Assembly (NCBI RefSeq): GCF_006345805.1
Contig: NC_043003.1
Span: 82,646,001-82,710,000 of the forward strand
Length of the DNA stretch: 64,000 nt
Direction: 5' to 3'
Source of the DNA: Octopus sinensis
Taxonomy: Eukaryota
In this document: in pieces, positions 26,158 through 40,243 of the stretch
How positions within the stretch are numbered: position 1 is the stretch's first letter
Layout: each line of letters starts with the position of its first letter
Notes under the pieces: generated by a model
What the model was told of the DNA's origin: nothing
Seen by the model: only the letters and a program-made list of their open reading frames with translations
Databases searched by the model: none
Position numbers and translations under genes: made by a program

Positions 26158-27250
26158 ATTAGCATGTAATCCCTTTAAAAGAGACGCTTGGCTCTAGTTT
26201 TCTTAGAATAGCATTTGTAATAATGACATTGCAGTATAAAATTACAATTCGTTATTTCACAGAGAAAAGAAAACAAGTATTATTTGAATATGCCCAGATT
26301 TCTCAATATGGGACATAAATTTGTTAGGAAATTGGAGTAATAAACTCCAATGTATTCCTCTGCTGGTCTCCCTTTATGATAGCTTAAAATTCTATTTTCC
26401 GCAACTCCTGCGTCCTTCTGAAGTGATTCATAGCTGATTTTTGTCAAATTTCAGACAATCATTTATGCACTAAAGTTATTTTAAACTTTAACTTTCTTTT
26501 ATTTGTCTTCGTAACTTTAAACCTCTTTAAATCACCTCATTCTTTTATTGCTATTTCCATTGGAATTTTATTTCATTTTCACCATATCATGCTTTAATTG
26601 CCTTTATCCTGAAGGACAGTATAACATTTTTACTAAAATTCCTGCCTTGAATTTTGTTATTTTTTCTTCATACAATATTTCCCAAAATTTTTACAGTTGT
26701 CTTTCAGTTATTTAAATTATTTCACTGATTATTTTTCATTTAGTTCTTCTAATCTACGCTTTTTTTAATTACAGAGCACATAGTAGCCGCAGGCCCTTCA
26801 CTTCCAGTGAAGTAGCTAAAGCTATTAGAGTTGGGGTCTTGTTATATTTCACTGCAGTTTATCGTAGAATCTCTACAGTTTGCTTGCTCTGATATTTGTA
26901 TTCCGAACACTCACGGCTAATCAAGAACATCTTGTTTGTGTTTTTGCTTTTATTTTCACTTTCACTTCTAGTAAAAAGAAAAATGTATTGCTGTTTATTT
27001 CTGCAAGTTTCATTCTTATATAGTTCTTTTTTATATGTGTGGAGGTCTTTTGAGATTTATCTCAATAACAAACCTCAGCATTTTGTTTAGGATAAAGATT
27101 TCTTTCATTCCTTTCAGATAGATTGATTATTTCTTTATCTTCTCAGAACTCCACATCACTGGACACTTTTTGATCTTTGTAACTTTATTGTCATCATCAT
27201 CATCATCATAATCATCAACATCATCATCATCATCATCGTCATCATGATCA

Positions 27251-27303
<53 letters not shown>

Positions 27304-27697
27304 GCCATTTTCTGCCCCAGGTAGGAATAATTCCGGATGTTGCATTTAACAGTGGATGATGAGCCACAGCAGAGATTTGTATTTTGGTATTAGATTCATA
27401 ACCAAATTTTCTCATCCTTATGACCAGAAATCATTTACTGAATAATGTCGTACTTGTGTTACTTTTGGCGTATATTTTTACAATAATAATTTCTTACTTT
27501 TTTGCTTGTAAGTGTTTAAATTACCGCCAGAGTTTTTTTTATTTCCATTATCTTAAAAATTAGAATAACACAATATGTAGTAGACATGAAGACGCATGGG
27601 CAACAGCACTAACTCGATAGTTAGTGCTTGCATCTTTCCCCCGCATATTTTTGTGTTCGAAATTCAAATCCAGCCGAGGTAAATTTTGTTTTCTATC

Positions 27698-27996
27698 GTT
27701 CTATGTTGCTCTGTCAAATAAGAGATGTACCTACTACACTAATAAATGACAGAGAACAATCAAAACGAAAGGTAAATATAGCAGACGTCATAGTTTCATA
27801 CACATGAGATATGATCTGTTTCAAATGCAGGTTTTGTCATCATGATACCAAGTTATAACTGATACATTTGTTAAAACCTTGTACTGTGAACATCATAACC
27901 TCTATTTCAACGCAGCATATTTGTTTGCTTTCATTTTGGCAGAGATGCGGAAATAGGTTCATGAAACTTAATCGATGTTGTATTATCAGTTCAATT
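27698..27996 (+). repeat. ~300-bp direct repeat, copy 2
   Basis: Highly similar to 25859-26157; begins right after a truncated SINE-A fragment. Confidence 0.9.
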
Positions 27997-28338
27997 ACAG
28001 TTCTATGCATACAAATATATGTATACAATATATTTAAATACGAACACATATATACTTATAAAGTGTACGCGTATTTATATCTAAGGGTGCTTGTATATTG
28101 CCATAAATAAGTTTGCAAGTTGGCCTATAGGTTTGCACTGACAATCTCTTGCTTTTCGTTTGTAATTGTTTAAATTACTGCCAAAGTTTTCAGTTTCCTT
28201 ATCTTAAAAATTGGAATAACACAAAATAAAACGTCAGAAACACTCCTTTTTTGCAGATATAAAGTAGATACCGAATATTATTTTACCTCTTGATTTAACG
28301 AAATGCGTCTTTACTTTAAAGATTACCCTCAAAACGTA

Positions 28339-28715
28339 AAGGCGGTGAACAGGCAAAATCGGTTGCACACCGTGAAAAATGCTTACCAGTATTTCGTCTG
28401 CCGTTACGTTCTGAGGTCAAATTCCGCCGAGGTCAACTTTGCCTTTCATCCTTTCGGGGTCGATTAAATAAGTACCAGTAACGCACTGGGGTCGATATAA
28501 TCGACTTAATCCGTTTGTCTGTCCTTGTTTGTCCCATCTGTGCTTAGCCCCTTGTGGGTAGTAAAGAAATAGGTATTTCATCGGTCTTTACGCTCTGAGT
28601 TCAAATTCGTCCTTTCATGGTCGATAATATAAGTACAAGTTAAAATACTGGAATCAACGTAATTGATTTAACCCTTCCCCCCAAAATTGCAGGTTTTGTG
28701 CCAAAATTTGAAAGT
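28339..28715 (+). mobile_element. SINE family A, full copy plus second partial body
   Basis: Head 'aaggcggtgaacaggcaaaatcggttgcac', B-box-like 'gaggtcaaattcc', tail 'gtaaagaaatagg', then a second body ending 'ccaaaatttgaaag'. Confidence 0.8.
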
Positions 28716-29099
28716 AGTTATTTCTTACAAAGCATACAGCAGGAAGAAATGCCACAATTCATCTTGCCCGAACTTCCAGCAGTTGCGTTAATTCATCGGG
28801 GATTAGTGCTTCTCTTTATTTATCGAATCTGAAACGATAGGAAGCAAAAATGATCTCGGCTCGATTTGAACTTCGAATACAAAAATATCAGAGGAAACAT
28901 GCAACTAAAATCTCTAATGATTCAACCAAAATCTCTATTGATTATGCCAATCACTGTTATTTGAACCCTTATACAAATTTCTTGTAAGTTGTTCTTTATA
29001 CATACCTCTTGCTAGAAATGACAGGTGGCGCAAATCTTACAAACAATTGCTTATTCGAAGGAGGCTGACACGTAGGAGTAAATAGAAGGAAAACCGTAT

Positions 29100-29420
29100 C
29101 GTGGCCTTAATGGTGATTGATAGCTATCAGTGTACAATAAAATAACAAGTGATAAGTATAATATTTGGAATATATATGTGATGATCGGATAGTTTTCATC
29201 ATGTCAAATAAAAGATTTTGTCCTACACCTTGGTTTATTTTCAAGGTTATCATCTCCTGAACGAGTGATTTGGAACAATCTCTGAATAGTTCTGATGTCA
29301 ACAACACCATTACCAAAGGCCCGCTTTATATTCCGGAGAGCTTCTGCGGCAGAGTGACCCAGTTTGTACTCATACGAGAAAATCACTCAACATAGTTTGG
29401 TTGTTATTTTCATATGTTCT
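29100..29420 (-). mobile_element. Mariner transposase N-terminal (HTH) fragment
   Basis: ORF 29204-29386 'YEYKLGHSAAEALRNIKRAFGNGVVDIRTIQRLF...SGDDNLENKPR' matches the mariner N-terminal HTH pattern. Confidence 0.75.
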
Positions 29421-29567
29421 GTGGGAAGGGATTTTGTATAGCAATATTGTTGGGAATGGAAAAAACACAAGATTAAATGCAAAGTATACATAATTTAATT
29501 GTTAACTGCCTCAAACAACAAGTAATTAAAAATGCGACATTTCATGTGAAACAACTAAATATGTATG

Positions 29568-29597
<30 letters not shown>

Positions 29598-29599
<2 letters not shown>

Positions 29600-29860
29600 C
29601 TCCTTTATTCTTTTGCGTGTTTCAGTCATTTGACTGCAGCCATGCTGGAACACCGCCTTTAGTCGAACAAATCGACTCCAGGGCTCGTTCTTTGTAAGCC
29701 TAGTACTTATGCTATTCGTAAGTTTCGCTAAATTACGGGTATGCTTTCGTCAGCACGAGGCTACAGTAGAAGACACTTGCTCAAGGGCTACGCTGTGGGA
29801 CTGAACCCGGAACCATGTAGTTGGAAAGCAAGCTTCTTACCACACAGCCACTGTTGCGCC
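29598..29860 (-). mobile_element. SINE family B, internally deleted
   Basis: Shares both ends with 11270-11615. Confidence 0.7.
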
Positions 29861-29866
29861 AATATA

Positions 29867-29921
<55 letters not shown>

Positions 29922-30004
29922 TTATTTACTCACATATGTGAAGTAATAGATGTACATAGATTAATAATTTTGTAGACAGACAGCTAGATAGCTAGCTAGC
30001 TAGC

Positions 30005-30066
<62 letters not shown>

Positions 30067-30714
30067 CATATATACATACCTACATACATACATACATAGA
30101 TAGATAGATACATACATAGATACATACATACATACATACATACATACATACATACATACATACATAGAGGCAAGCCGTTCGATATATAAATATACAAGAG
30201 AATGACACTGACTATACATGACATTGAATTAAGTAAAAATATGTTCCACTTATTAAACCTACACGTCGATACGCTGCTTGAAATCATTGTCGGAAAAGGG
30301 GAAATTTCTAAGACGATATCGAGGTATTTGTAGTAGTGACAGCTATGGAGTATTTCGCACCGAGACACGAAAGATATTGTTCATGTACAACTGCGCTGAC
30401 AGCAGCAAACCAGAAAATTATGCAAATGAAAAGTGTACTGGATTGCATATATTACAACATATCACTATAATGTCACTATAATATTCAACAGCCGCTTCAC
30501 TAAAGTATGTAAAAAGTTAGGACATAAAAGTTACGATAAAGGAAATATTTGTAAATAGGGTTGTCCCATGGTCAATTTTTCGATCAAATTCTTTTCCTCG
30601 GTTTGATAAATATTAACAATGCCTTTCCTGTCTCCCTTGAAAATCGCATTAATCAGAACTACTACAAATAGGAGTGTGATTGATGCATACATACTGGCAT
30701 ATATCCACTCATAC

Positions 30715-30764
<50 letters not shown>

Positions 30765-32031
30765 CAGAGATACCCGGCGTTGGCCGGTTACATTCAATTG
30801 AAGAATTAGACTTTTCTGTGATATCTTCTGTAATGAACTGGAATATTTATGTTTCGAATTTCATCAAAATTGCAGATGAGGGTTATTTCCCTCTTTACAC
30901 ACCCTAAAAAATTGTAATCGGGCCACATGTATCCCATACTACTGATTTTTATGCGCATATTCCAAAATTCCAGTCTTATTGAACCTGTTAAAAAGATTTT
31001 CCTCCTGAAAAATGAAGGTCATGGAGTTCTATAATGTGAGAGTTAAGTCCCCTGTTGGGCATCTTAATGTCAACCAGAGAAGTTGAATTGTTGAAAATAT
31101 TTTTAACTTGGACCTTATATCTATTGTTTGAATTTCTTTGAAATAGGAAATATATCTTCACTGAGTTTGTAAAAGAGAGCAAAGCTACAGGAAACCAAAA
31201 GACGAATGATCACAATAAGCAGTCAGTTACCCTACCCTAGTCGTTACCACTCCCAATATAGGATTCCTCACCATCCAGGTGACAGGCACAGCCGTAAGAT
31301 GCATTACGAATCTATAGCAATTGGAAGGGCGTGATCCAACTGAAATCAACATTAACAACTGTGTGATGTGAGGGCTAAGGATAAATTAAAGTGTCACCTC
31401 TGGAGTTTGCAGATGACGACTATGCTGATATGTAACTGGACAGAATAAATTTAAAATCTATAAATGTCTTTGAATAACCAGTCATCCAACTGGCAAGGCC
31501 TTGAAATTAATGTTACCATCTGGGGACTATGTGTGACCGAGTGATAATAAAAAGACTGAAAGGAAGTCTGCAATCAAATAAATTTACTCAACACTTTGCA
31601 ACTGAATCAGTGGAGGCAAAGATGCCTCTCATTTACTTGACAATTTATGCAATACATTGCAGAAATCACAATGTAAGTGTATGTCAAAGCAAACTGTTAC
31701 ACTGTTGTACGATTGAATTAGAAATAATGCCCAACTTTTATGCTCGGGTAACCCTACAGCTTCCAACAGCACAACTGTATTCGTTTTTGCTTAGATAAAA
31801 TGACAAAATTGTGGGTGTTAAGTCCCCATGGAGGGGTCCATCTAGCTTTGTAAAAAGATGAAATTTTATAAATATTACTTCATTTGTATCTAATATCTAT
31901 GGTTAAAATATGTCCCTTATGCATAGAATATAATTTCCAAATTTCATAAAGATCCATTCAGTAATTTTGAACTAGTTTTGGATCATAAAAGAAATTACTA
32001 AAATTTGGGAGTTAAGGCTCCCATTAGAGTG

Positions 32032-32075
<44 letters not shown>

Positions 32076-32262
32076 TAAGCAATTAAGGGTTTAGCAACGA
32101 ATTGCCTCACCACACACCGAATTTAGAAAGAGTCAAAGAGTTATAGCTATTCTTTCTACTAAAAGGGAGATCTCAGTAAAAACACAGCACTTGAAAGGCA
32201 AACACAGACAGGTAAGAGAGAATGAAATGACGGCAATCTATCATACAATTTTAAGTCACCTA

Positions 32263-32311
<49 letters not shown>

Positions 32312-32714
32312 TATACATACATTTATATATAGAGAGATATAGATATGGATATAGATACAAACACACACATACAACGATAAAATGATAGATACAACTGAGT
32401 GGGCACACAAAAATATGAGACACAGCCTAGTGCTTTTTTATGTTGATAAGTCTAGTACTTATTCTATTAGTTTGTTCTTGTGAAACCAGTAAGTTATGTG
32501 AATGTAAATAAATGAACAGCAGTTGTGAAGCAGTGATGAGGGTGAAACACAAAGACAAAGACACACATTCACTTACGTGTATACATACATATATATATAT
32601 ATGATTAATTTGTTTCAATTCCTGTCTACGAAATCCATATATATTGTTGTTGGTATATTTTTTGTCTCGGGAGACAATGGAGTTGCGCATAAAATAATCT
32701 AGTCCGGCTTTTAC

Positions 32715-34885
32715 ATTTCATGTCCTAATACATCTACTGCTGTGGCTGTGTAGTCCTATCATGGACGAACACTCCCTCTGGCAGGTGTCGCAAATGTACC
32801 GAATACTTTGCCTGGCAGATTGTAATGTCATAGTTTCTTGTTGACATCTTTTTTTGTCTTTCCATTTCTCCTCTCTCTCTATGTCAATCCTTTGTGTTAC
32901 CTCTTTTACGGTACGTCGCTAATCTCCACGGTTGCTGGCAACTGCTTCCCAGTTGGTAATATTGATGTTGCAGGCATTCATGTCGCTTTTGCAAACATCC
33001 TTGTATCGTAAAAACGGTCTTCCCACAGACCTAGTGCCCCTAGCAAGCTCTCCGTTGAGTATGTCCTTGGGGATTCTGCCATCTTTCATACGACTATAAT
33101 GTCCAAGCCATCTCATATGTCTTTGTGTGAGGAGTGCAAACATGCTTGGTATCCCTGCTTGCTTGAGGACATTTTTGTTGGGGGACATGATTCTGCCATT
33201 TGATGCGAAGGATTTTCTGGAGGCAGCACAGGTGATATTTAGGCGACGTATGGCGTCGTATGGCGTGTGTATGGCGTCCAAGTCTCACTTCCATACAGTA
33301 GAGTGCTAAGTACACATGCCTGGTAAATCTTCATTTTTGTGGTCTCTCCATGCCCGTTTGGAGAGTTGGGCAATCACAGCAGCTGCCTTACCAATGCGTA
33401 TATTGAGCTCAGCATCAAGGGATGACCCATTATATTGGTCTTCTTGAGGCTGATAGCTAAGCCAAAATTACCACATGCTTGCTCAAAACAGTTGGTGAGC
33501 CTTTATAGGGCTTCTTCTGTGTGTGATACCAGAGCGACATCATCAGCAAATAGCATCTCCTTGATCAGGATGCTCCTGATTTTGGTATTGGCACGCAGAC
33601 GCGAGACATTGAACAGTTTCCCATCACTTCTACTGTGCAGAAACACTCCATCATCTGATGTCATAAAGGCATGTGACAGCAGCAGCAAGAAGAAGATGAC
33701 ATAATGTAGGAGCAAGGACACTACCTTGCTTTATCCCGTTTTTTATTTGGAAGCCGGCTGATGTTGAACAATTGTGCTCTATGGTGCCTTGCATATCATC
33801 ATGGAAAGATATGACGATCTTCAGCAGCTTTGGTGGACATCCGATTTTTTGGAGCAGGATGAAGAGGCCTTTTCTATTTACCAAGTCAAAGGCCTTGAAG
33901 TCAAAGGCCGATGAATGAAGGCCATATATAATGGCATTTTCTGCTCTCTGGACTTCTCCTGAAGTTGGCGTATGGAGAATAACATGTCAATAGTTGATCT
34001 GCTTCTTCTAAAGCCACACTTAGATTCTGGATAAATTCGAGAAGCAAGCAGTTGTAGCCTGGACAGGATAATGCGAGCAGAGGCCTTTCCAACAGTGCTT
34101 AGAAGAGATATTCTGCGGTAATTGTTGCAATCAACCCGGTCACCTTTGTTTTTGTAAAGCGTAATGATTTTAGCACCCGCATATCCTGAGGGATTGTGCC
34201 CTCTTCCCAGCACTGACACAGAAGCTTATGAAGGTGCCGAAGCAAGATGGAGTTTTTGCCAGGTTTGATGATCTCTAAAGGGATATCATTTTTTTCCGGA
34301 GCCTTGTTACTTGCTAGGGAGTCAATAGACTTGGTGAGCTCTGCTAGAGTTGGCAGACTGTCAAGTTCACGCATGACTGGCAATATCTTGACACCCTCGA
34401 TTGCAGCCTCAGCTACCGTGGTCTCTCGTGAGTACAGATCCTGGAAGTACTCCACCCATCTATCCATTTGCTTGCTTTGGACCTTGATGAGATCCACAGT
34501 AGTTGATTTCAGAGGGGCTGACTTGGTTGAGGATGGACGGAGGGCCTTCTTCAAACCGGCATACATCCCACGGGCGTCGCCACTGTCAGCAGCTGACAGG
34601 ATACTCTGACAGATTTCCTGCCAATACAGCGTCTGGCAGTCACTCTGCTTCTTATAAGTGAATGATCTGTGTCACAACCCGCGCTATGGTAACTACGGAT
34701 CACTTGAACAGAATTCAGAAAGGATCGCTGTGTAATGATAAGATCCAGCTGATGCCAATTGTCAGATCTTGGATGTCTCCAAGATGCCTTGTGGGGTGTT
34801 TTGTTAGCAAAGAATGTGTTAGTGATGCACAGGTTATGGTATGTGCAAAATTCAAGTAGTCTCTGACCATTACCATTCATGTTGC
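32715..34885 (-). mobile_element. RTE/BovB-like LINE, 5'-truncated, internally deleted, frameshifted
   Basis: APE end ('NGNGQRLLEFC...TNTFF...WRHPRSDNWHQLDLII'), RT ('YKNKGDRVDCNNYRRISLLS', 'GIKQGSVLAPTL', 'MLFADDVAL'), and C-terminal 'CDTCQRECSSMIGLHSH' near 32750. Confidence 0.9.
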
Positions 34886-35059
34886 CAATACCAAAACACA
34901 TACACTTACATATATACATGCATATATATACGATTGATTTGTTTCAGTTCCTCTCTACAAAATCCATATATATATATTTATATATATGTGTGTATGTGTG
35001 TGTACACACACAAATAATTTGGTAGATACAACTTAGTTGACAAACAAAAATATGAGACA

Positions 35060-35385
35060 CTGCGTAGTGCTTTTTTATATTTTGATAAGCCTGGTACTTA
35101 TTCTATCAGTTTCTTCTTGTGAAACCAGTAAGTTATGGGGATGTAAATAAACGAACACCAGTTGTGAAGCAGTGGTGATTGATAAACACAAAGACACATA
35201 CATAGACTTACATATATACATACATATACATACAATTGATTTCTTTCAGTTTCTGTCTACAAAATCTACTGACAAGGCTTTGGTTGGTCTCAGGCTATAG
35301 CAGAAGACATATGCCAAGTCACCACACAATGGGACTGAACTTAGACCATGTGTTGTGGAACCAAGTTTGTTGCCACACCTGCACC
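35060..35385 (-). mobile_element. SINE family B, diverged
   Basis: 'ggtctcaggctatagcagaagacatatgccaag...gggactgaac' matches the other family B copies. Confidence 0.65.
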
Positions 35386-35579
35386 TATGTGTGTGTGGGT
35401 GGGGTGGATCGGTGTGTGTATGTGTATATGAGTGTATATATGTATGCATGTATATATGTGCATATATATGTGAACATATTACCTGTACATCTATATATAC
35501 ATCTAGACATACATGTATATCTATAGAAATACATCTATATATATACATGTATACATATACATCTATATATATATACATG

Positions 35580-35790
35580 TAAAGTTAATCCAAACAAGAA
35601 AACAAAAAGACAACAACGCGAGGATGTGGAACAAATAAAGTATTATTGGACGCTCAGGAAAGAAGGGAAGAAGGAGGGTATGACGTTTAGAGCGGAGCTC
35701 TTCGTCGGAAACATAGGAGAAAGAAAGATCCCGAGGTGGGAGGACAGAGGAAAAAAAATTGCAAGTGGTCTTCACGAGGTCACATACTGA
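35580..35790 (-). mobile_element. Probable Penelope-type terminal-repeat fragment between TA-rich repeats
   Basis: Contains an HHR-like motif (35678-35712) and is bounded by TA-rich simple repeats like the other HHR-bearing units. Confidence 0.45.
35678..35712 (-). ncRNA. Degenerate minimal hammerhead motif
   Basis: gttt-CCGACGA-a-gagc(tcc)gctc-TAAAC-GTC-atac: G12 replaced by T, stem I 3 of 4 pairs, palindromic ACGT stem III. Confidence 0.4.
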
Positions 35791-35837
35791 AAATATATAT
35801 ATATATAATATATATATATATATACATGTATATATAC

Positions 35838-35875
<38 letters not shown>

Positions 35876-35877
<2 letters not shown>

Positions 35878-36045
35878 ATAATAAATATTAGGGAATATAT
35901 CCAAATTTACAGGGAAAAAAAATCAGATTTAGGATTAAATCCAATTTTATAGTAAAATATTATAAATATTATTTGAGACAAAACCACTATTTTGCAAAAC
36001 AAACAAGGAAAGACTTAATCAATACATAAAATTTAATAAATAGTC
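35876..36045 (-). mobile_element. Second copy of the 5560-5810 terminal-repeat family, truncated before the HHR
   Basis: Near-identical reverse complement of ~5640-5810. Confidence 0.8.
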
Positions 36046-36362
36046 ACTATGTAATTTTCTTGTACCAAATTACCAGAGTCATTCTTGTTGCTTATTTTGA
36101 TTATAATCACCCCACAAATTTTTATGGATAACACCATACAAATATATTTGCATATATATATATGTATATATTCATATATATATATGTATATATATGTATA
36201 TATATACATATATATGTATGAATGTATGTATGTGTGTATATATATATATATCCATATGTAAGTATAGATATGAGTGTGCATATGTGTGTATATATGCATG
36301 TATGTATGCACCTATATATCTATGTAACTATTTATCTACGTATATATGTGTTTGTGTGCGTA

Positions 36363-36433
<71 letters not shown>

Positions 36434-37854
36434 ATCTCGCCATTTTGGACCGTTGAACTCAGCACATGTTTTCTCTCTACATTGTTTTTTTATTCACTTT
36501 CCATTTTACACCTGCTTAGTGTTCCTACATCTCTCTTCGTCTTTTGTTTCCTGTAAATTTGAAGTATATCTGTGTGTGTGTGTAGATAGAAAGAACGATA
36601 GATAGATAGTTACAGAGAAAGAGAGACAGAGAGATTACACTCGAATTGCGGCCAGCTCAAAGGTTGCTTACACGCTCGTCCATCTCCCCTGTCATAAGGT
36701 CCCCAAAGAGTGATCAATATGTCCAAAATCTGGTCAGCGGTTAACCCCGATTCTTACCATTACCGATTCACATTCGCATTTATGGTTATGGTGTCCGTTA
36801 TCCACTCCAACATGCTCCCCCTTTTCCCGTTCTTTCTAGATTTCTATTTCTCGGGTATTTAAATTCTTTTATTGTATGTTTGTCGCTGGTATCTGTCTTT
36901 TGTGTTTTTGGGAAAATGTTTGCTTATGCGCGCTGCCCTTATCAGCTGCAACTATGCATCGCATTTACAGAGTCTCATCACGGGTTACCGAATACTGAAA
37001 TGCTGGAGTACCCAGTTGAAGCTCATGTTCTCTCTCTCATTACCGATCTTCTCCTTTTTATTCAGTTATGGCTCATCTCAGACTGCATTAGATACCGTGT
37101 AAACACACACTGGTGTAAGTCTCATTCTAATACATATATCTCGTAGATATTTAATGCTAGCTTATATCAACGCCTTATGTTTTAATCAATGATGGAGAAG
37201 AGATAACTTCCTAGCCTCCAATAAACTCAATTACTCGTATTTGTTCCCATGTGTGCGTGTTTGTGTGTCTGTGTGTTATTTTGTGTGTATGTGCGGTACT
37301 TGCGTGTACGTGTGTAGGTGTGTGTACGTGCGTGTATGTGTTGTGTGCCGCGTGTGTTTGTTTGTGTGAGTATGTGTTGTGTGTGTGTGTGTCTGTGATC
37401 TCAAATGCATTTCTGTTTGTCGAGGATAAATGGAATGATATTTTTTTGCTTCTCTGTACCTACGTAACTCATCCTGCACAAAAAATGATAAATGCATAAA
37501 CAAAGAGCAAATGTTTGTATATACTGGAATATATAACAAGACAGATGAACATTTGCTTCGATAAAAAATATAAGAGGCGGGAACTCCTTTGAAATAGAAA
37601 TGTTTCTAAAAACTTATTTGAAAAATAATAACATTGTGTTACAAAAATACAAAACAAACTGTTTTCTACATGATTATAGCATATATAGATACATGAAACA
37701 GGCAATATAACCATCATATTTAGGTTAATTCACATGGTTTTAAAGTGATAAACTATTTCGTGTAATATGTAAAGATTACATATTGTCATCAGAACCACTG
37801 CAGTTCAAAGAGGAGTCATGGCAATGACGTACGAATGCAGAGGATTTTAATATT

Positions 37855-38035
37855 GGTTTCAAATTTTGGAACAAGGCTAGCAACTTCGGGGGACGTTGTA
37901 CGTCGGTACCTATTTTATCGACCCCAAATGGATAAACGGTAAAGCTGACTATGGTGGTCATAAAGGAAAAAAATGGACTAAATACCGCCAAGCATTTCGC
38001 CCGTATTTGCCAGTTCACCGTCACAGAAGTTTCGA
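37855..38035 (-). mobile_element. SINE family A, diverged
   Basis: 'ggtttcaaattttggaacaagg...attttatcgacccc...aagcatttcgccc' is the reverse complement of family A blocks. Confidence 0.6.
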
Positions 38036-38246
38036 CTATTATTGTTTGTCTCTTCACGGTTAATTTCTTATTCCCTTACTAGTAACTCTTCTCCCTGTCC
38101 TGCCCATTTAACTATCGATCTATCTGTTTTCTATCACACTACATATCCCGACATCAATTCTTGTGGCGATCTAACGTTTTTTGCACACTGCTCCGGAACA
38201 CACACGTGCCTTGGGAAGGAGTGCTTGAGCGTGTGAATAGATAGGT

Positions 38247-38311
<65 letters not shown>

Positions 38312-38314
38312 CAT

Positions 38315-38363
<49 letters not shown>

Positions 38364-38378
38364 TATAGAAAGGTACGT

Positions 38379-38417
<39 letters not shown>

Positions 38418-38647
38418 CATACATATGTAGAAAGTAAAAATACTTGTTTAAACCTGCGTTAACTCCATTTTTTATTCATATTATTCAAAATATTCAACGT
38501 AAACACTTAGTTTCAACCTTTATAAACAAGGAGTTACAACATCTTTACTTGTGAGATTTTTGCTGCCCTGGTAACTATTTATTTATTTTTCCGTGTTAAT
38601 TGTTAACAAGGTAAAAATACACTCATCTATTTATATATATATATATA

Positions 38648-38683
<36 letters not shown>

Positions 38684-39719
38684 ACAGAGATAGAAATAAT
38701 GGATGTGTGTGTGTGCATGTGTGTACAGAGATGGATGGATACATAGATAGATATTGCAAGTGACGTCGATTGTGCCTTCATGTTTTACTTATCGGCTGGT
38801 TGCTAGACCGGTTGACCACATCCAAGGAAAAACTTGGATTTTTAGAATACTGTGATTACAAAGTTATGTCACTAGTGAATTTTCTGTCTTTTTCAAACCT
38901 GCTTAAAATAACACTATTTCAAGATACACGCACACACACTCACGGCTGTGTACGTGTATACGTATACCTGAGCATTTGTGAGCATGTTTATGTGTACTAT
39001 TTTAAAATTTAAGGTAAACTTTAACTCGCCACCGATTTGGTAGCAAGATAGTGGAAGAAAGTATCTTGATATAATCGTCATCTTTGAAATTTTAAGAAGG
39101 TCTTTTTACAGTCCCAGATATCGTGATCATTTGTTGCGCATGAATTATTAGTGACCCGAGATATCCTCTTTCGTTATGCATTATTGTATGTATGCATGTA
39201 TGACTGTATGTATCTTTATCTGCATGCATGTAGGTATGTATATCTACCACTTTATAATTAGAAATAATGAGCGCCCATGCATGTATGCATGTTTCGACCT
39301 TCCGTTCGATTTACAAACTCACATAAACAAACAGAAAGAACATTTTAATTAAGAATGATTTTTTTTTTTTTTTTTTTTTATTCTTTTTCTCTTTTCATCC
39401 TGTCATGTTTTCTACCGATAAAACACTACTTAGCATTTGAATGCATGGCGTGCAACGTTTCTTAGATGCATTTAATTGAAGCTAGCACTTCGCAGGCTGC
39501 GCGGTGGCAGAATCGTAGGAGCATTGGTAAACATGTACAGTAGTATTTTTTTTAGATACTTTATGTTCTTAGTTCAAATTCTACTGAAATCAACTATGCT
39601 TTCATCCATTAGTATCGATAAAATAGAGAACTTGTTCCTTCTATCAACACGTCAATGTACATAAATGAGAAACCGTTTAATACAATTCTGTACGTATATA
39701 TATATATATTCTTACATAT

Positions 39720-40075
39720 CTGTGTTTCAGTCATTTCACTGCAGCCATACTGGGGTACCACCTTAAAGTGTTTTAGTCGACGAAATCAGCCCTAGTACTT
39801 ATTCTATCGTGTTCTTTTGCCGAATCACCACTTACGTTGATATAAATACACCAACATCGATTGTCAAGCGATGATAAGAGGACAGACACAAACTCACACG
39901 CACAAGCACATATATATACATATAAGACGGGCTTCTTTCAGTTTCCGTCTACCAAATGTACTCACAAGACTTTGGTCGGCTCGAGACTATAGTAGAAGAT
40001 ACTTGTACAAGATGCCAAGCACTGGGAGTGAACGCAGAACCATGTGGTTGGTAAGTAAGCTTTTAATAGGCATAA
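39720..40075 (-). mobile_element. SINE family B, near full length
   Basis: Colinear with 11270-11615. Confidence 0.75.
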
Positions 40076-40243
40076 GCTGCCGGACGAGATGGTGAAGATG
40101 CCGACGACCGCTCGATTCAAAGTCTCCCTTGACCACAAATGGCCTGAACTCTTTACATGAACACCACCCTGTACATAACTCCATGTCCCCCCACATGGCC
40201 TTGCTTTTTGCTTTTTGAGTCAAAAAATTAACTAACTAACATA

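Noticed and set aside
26300-27100. Possible very old R4/Dong remnant on the minus strand
   Set aside because: Only a 'KFWEIL' hint; too decayed to call.
36990-37030. HHR-like string gaata-ctgaaa-tgctgg(agtac)ccagtt-gaagctc-atgttc
   Set aside because: Needs three separate single-base deletions to fit the consensus; kept only as a weak hint.
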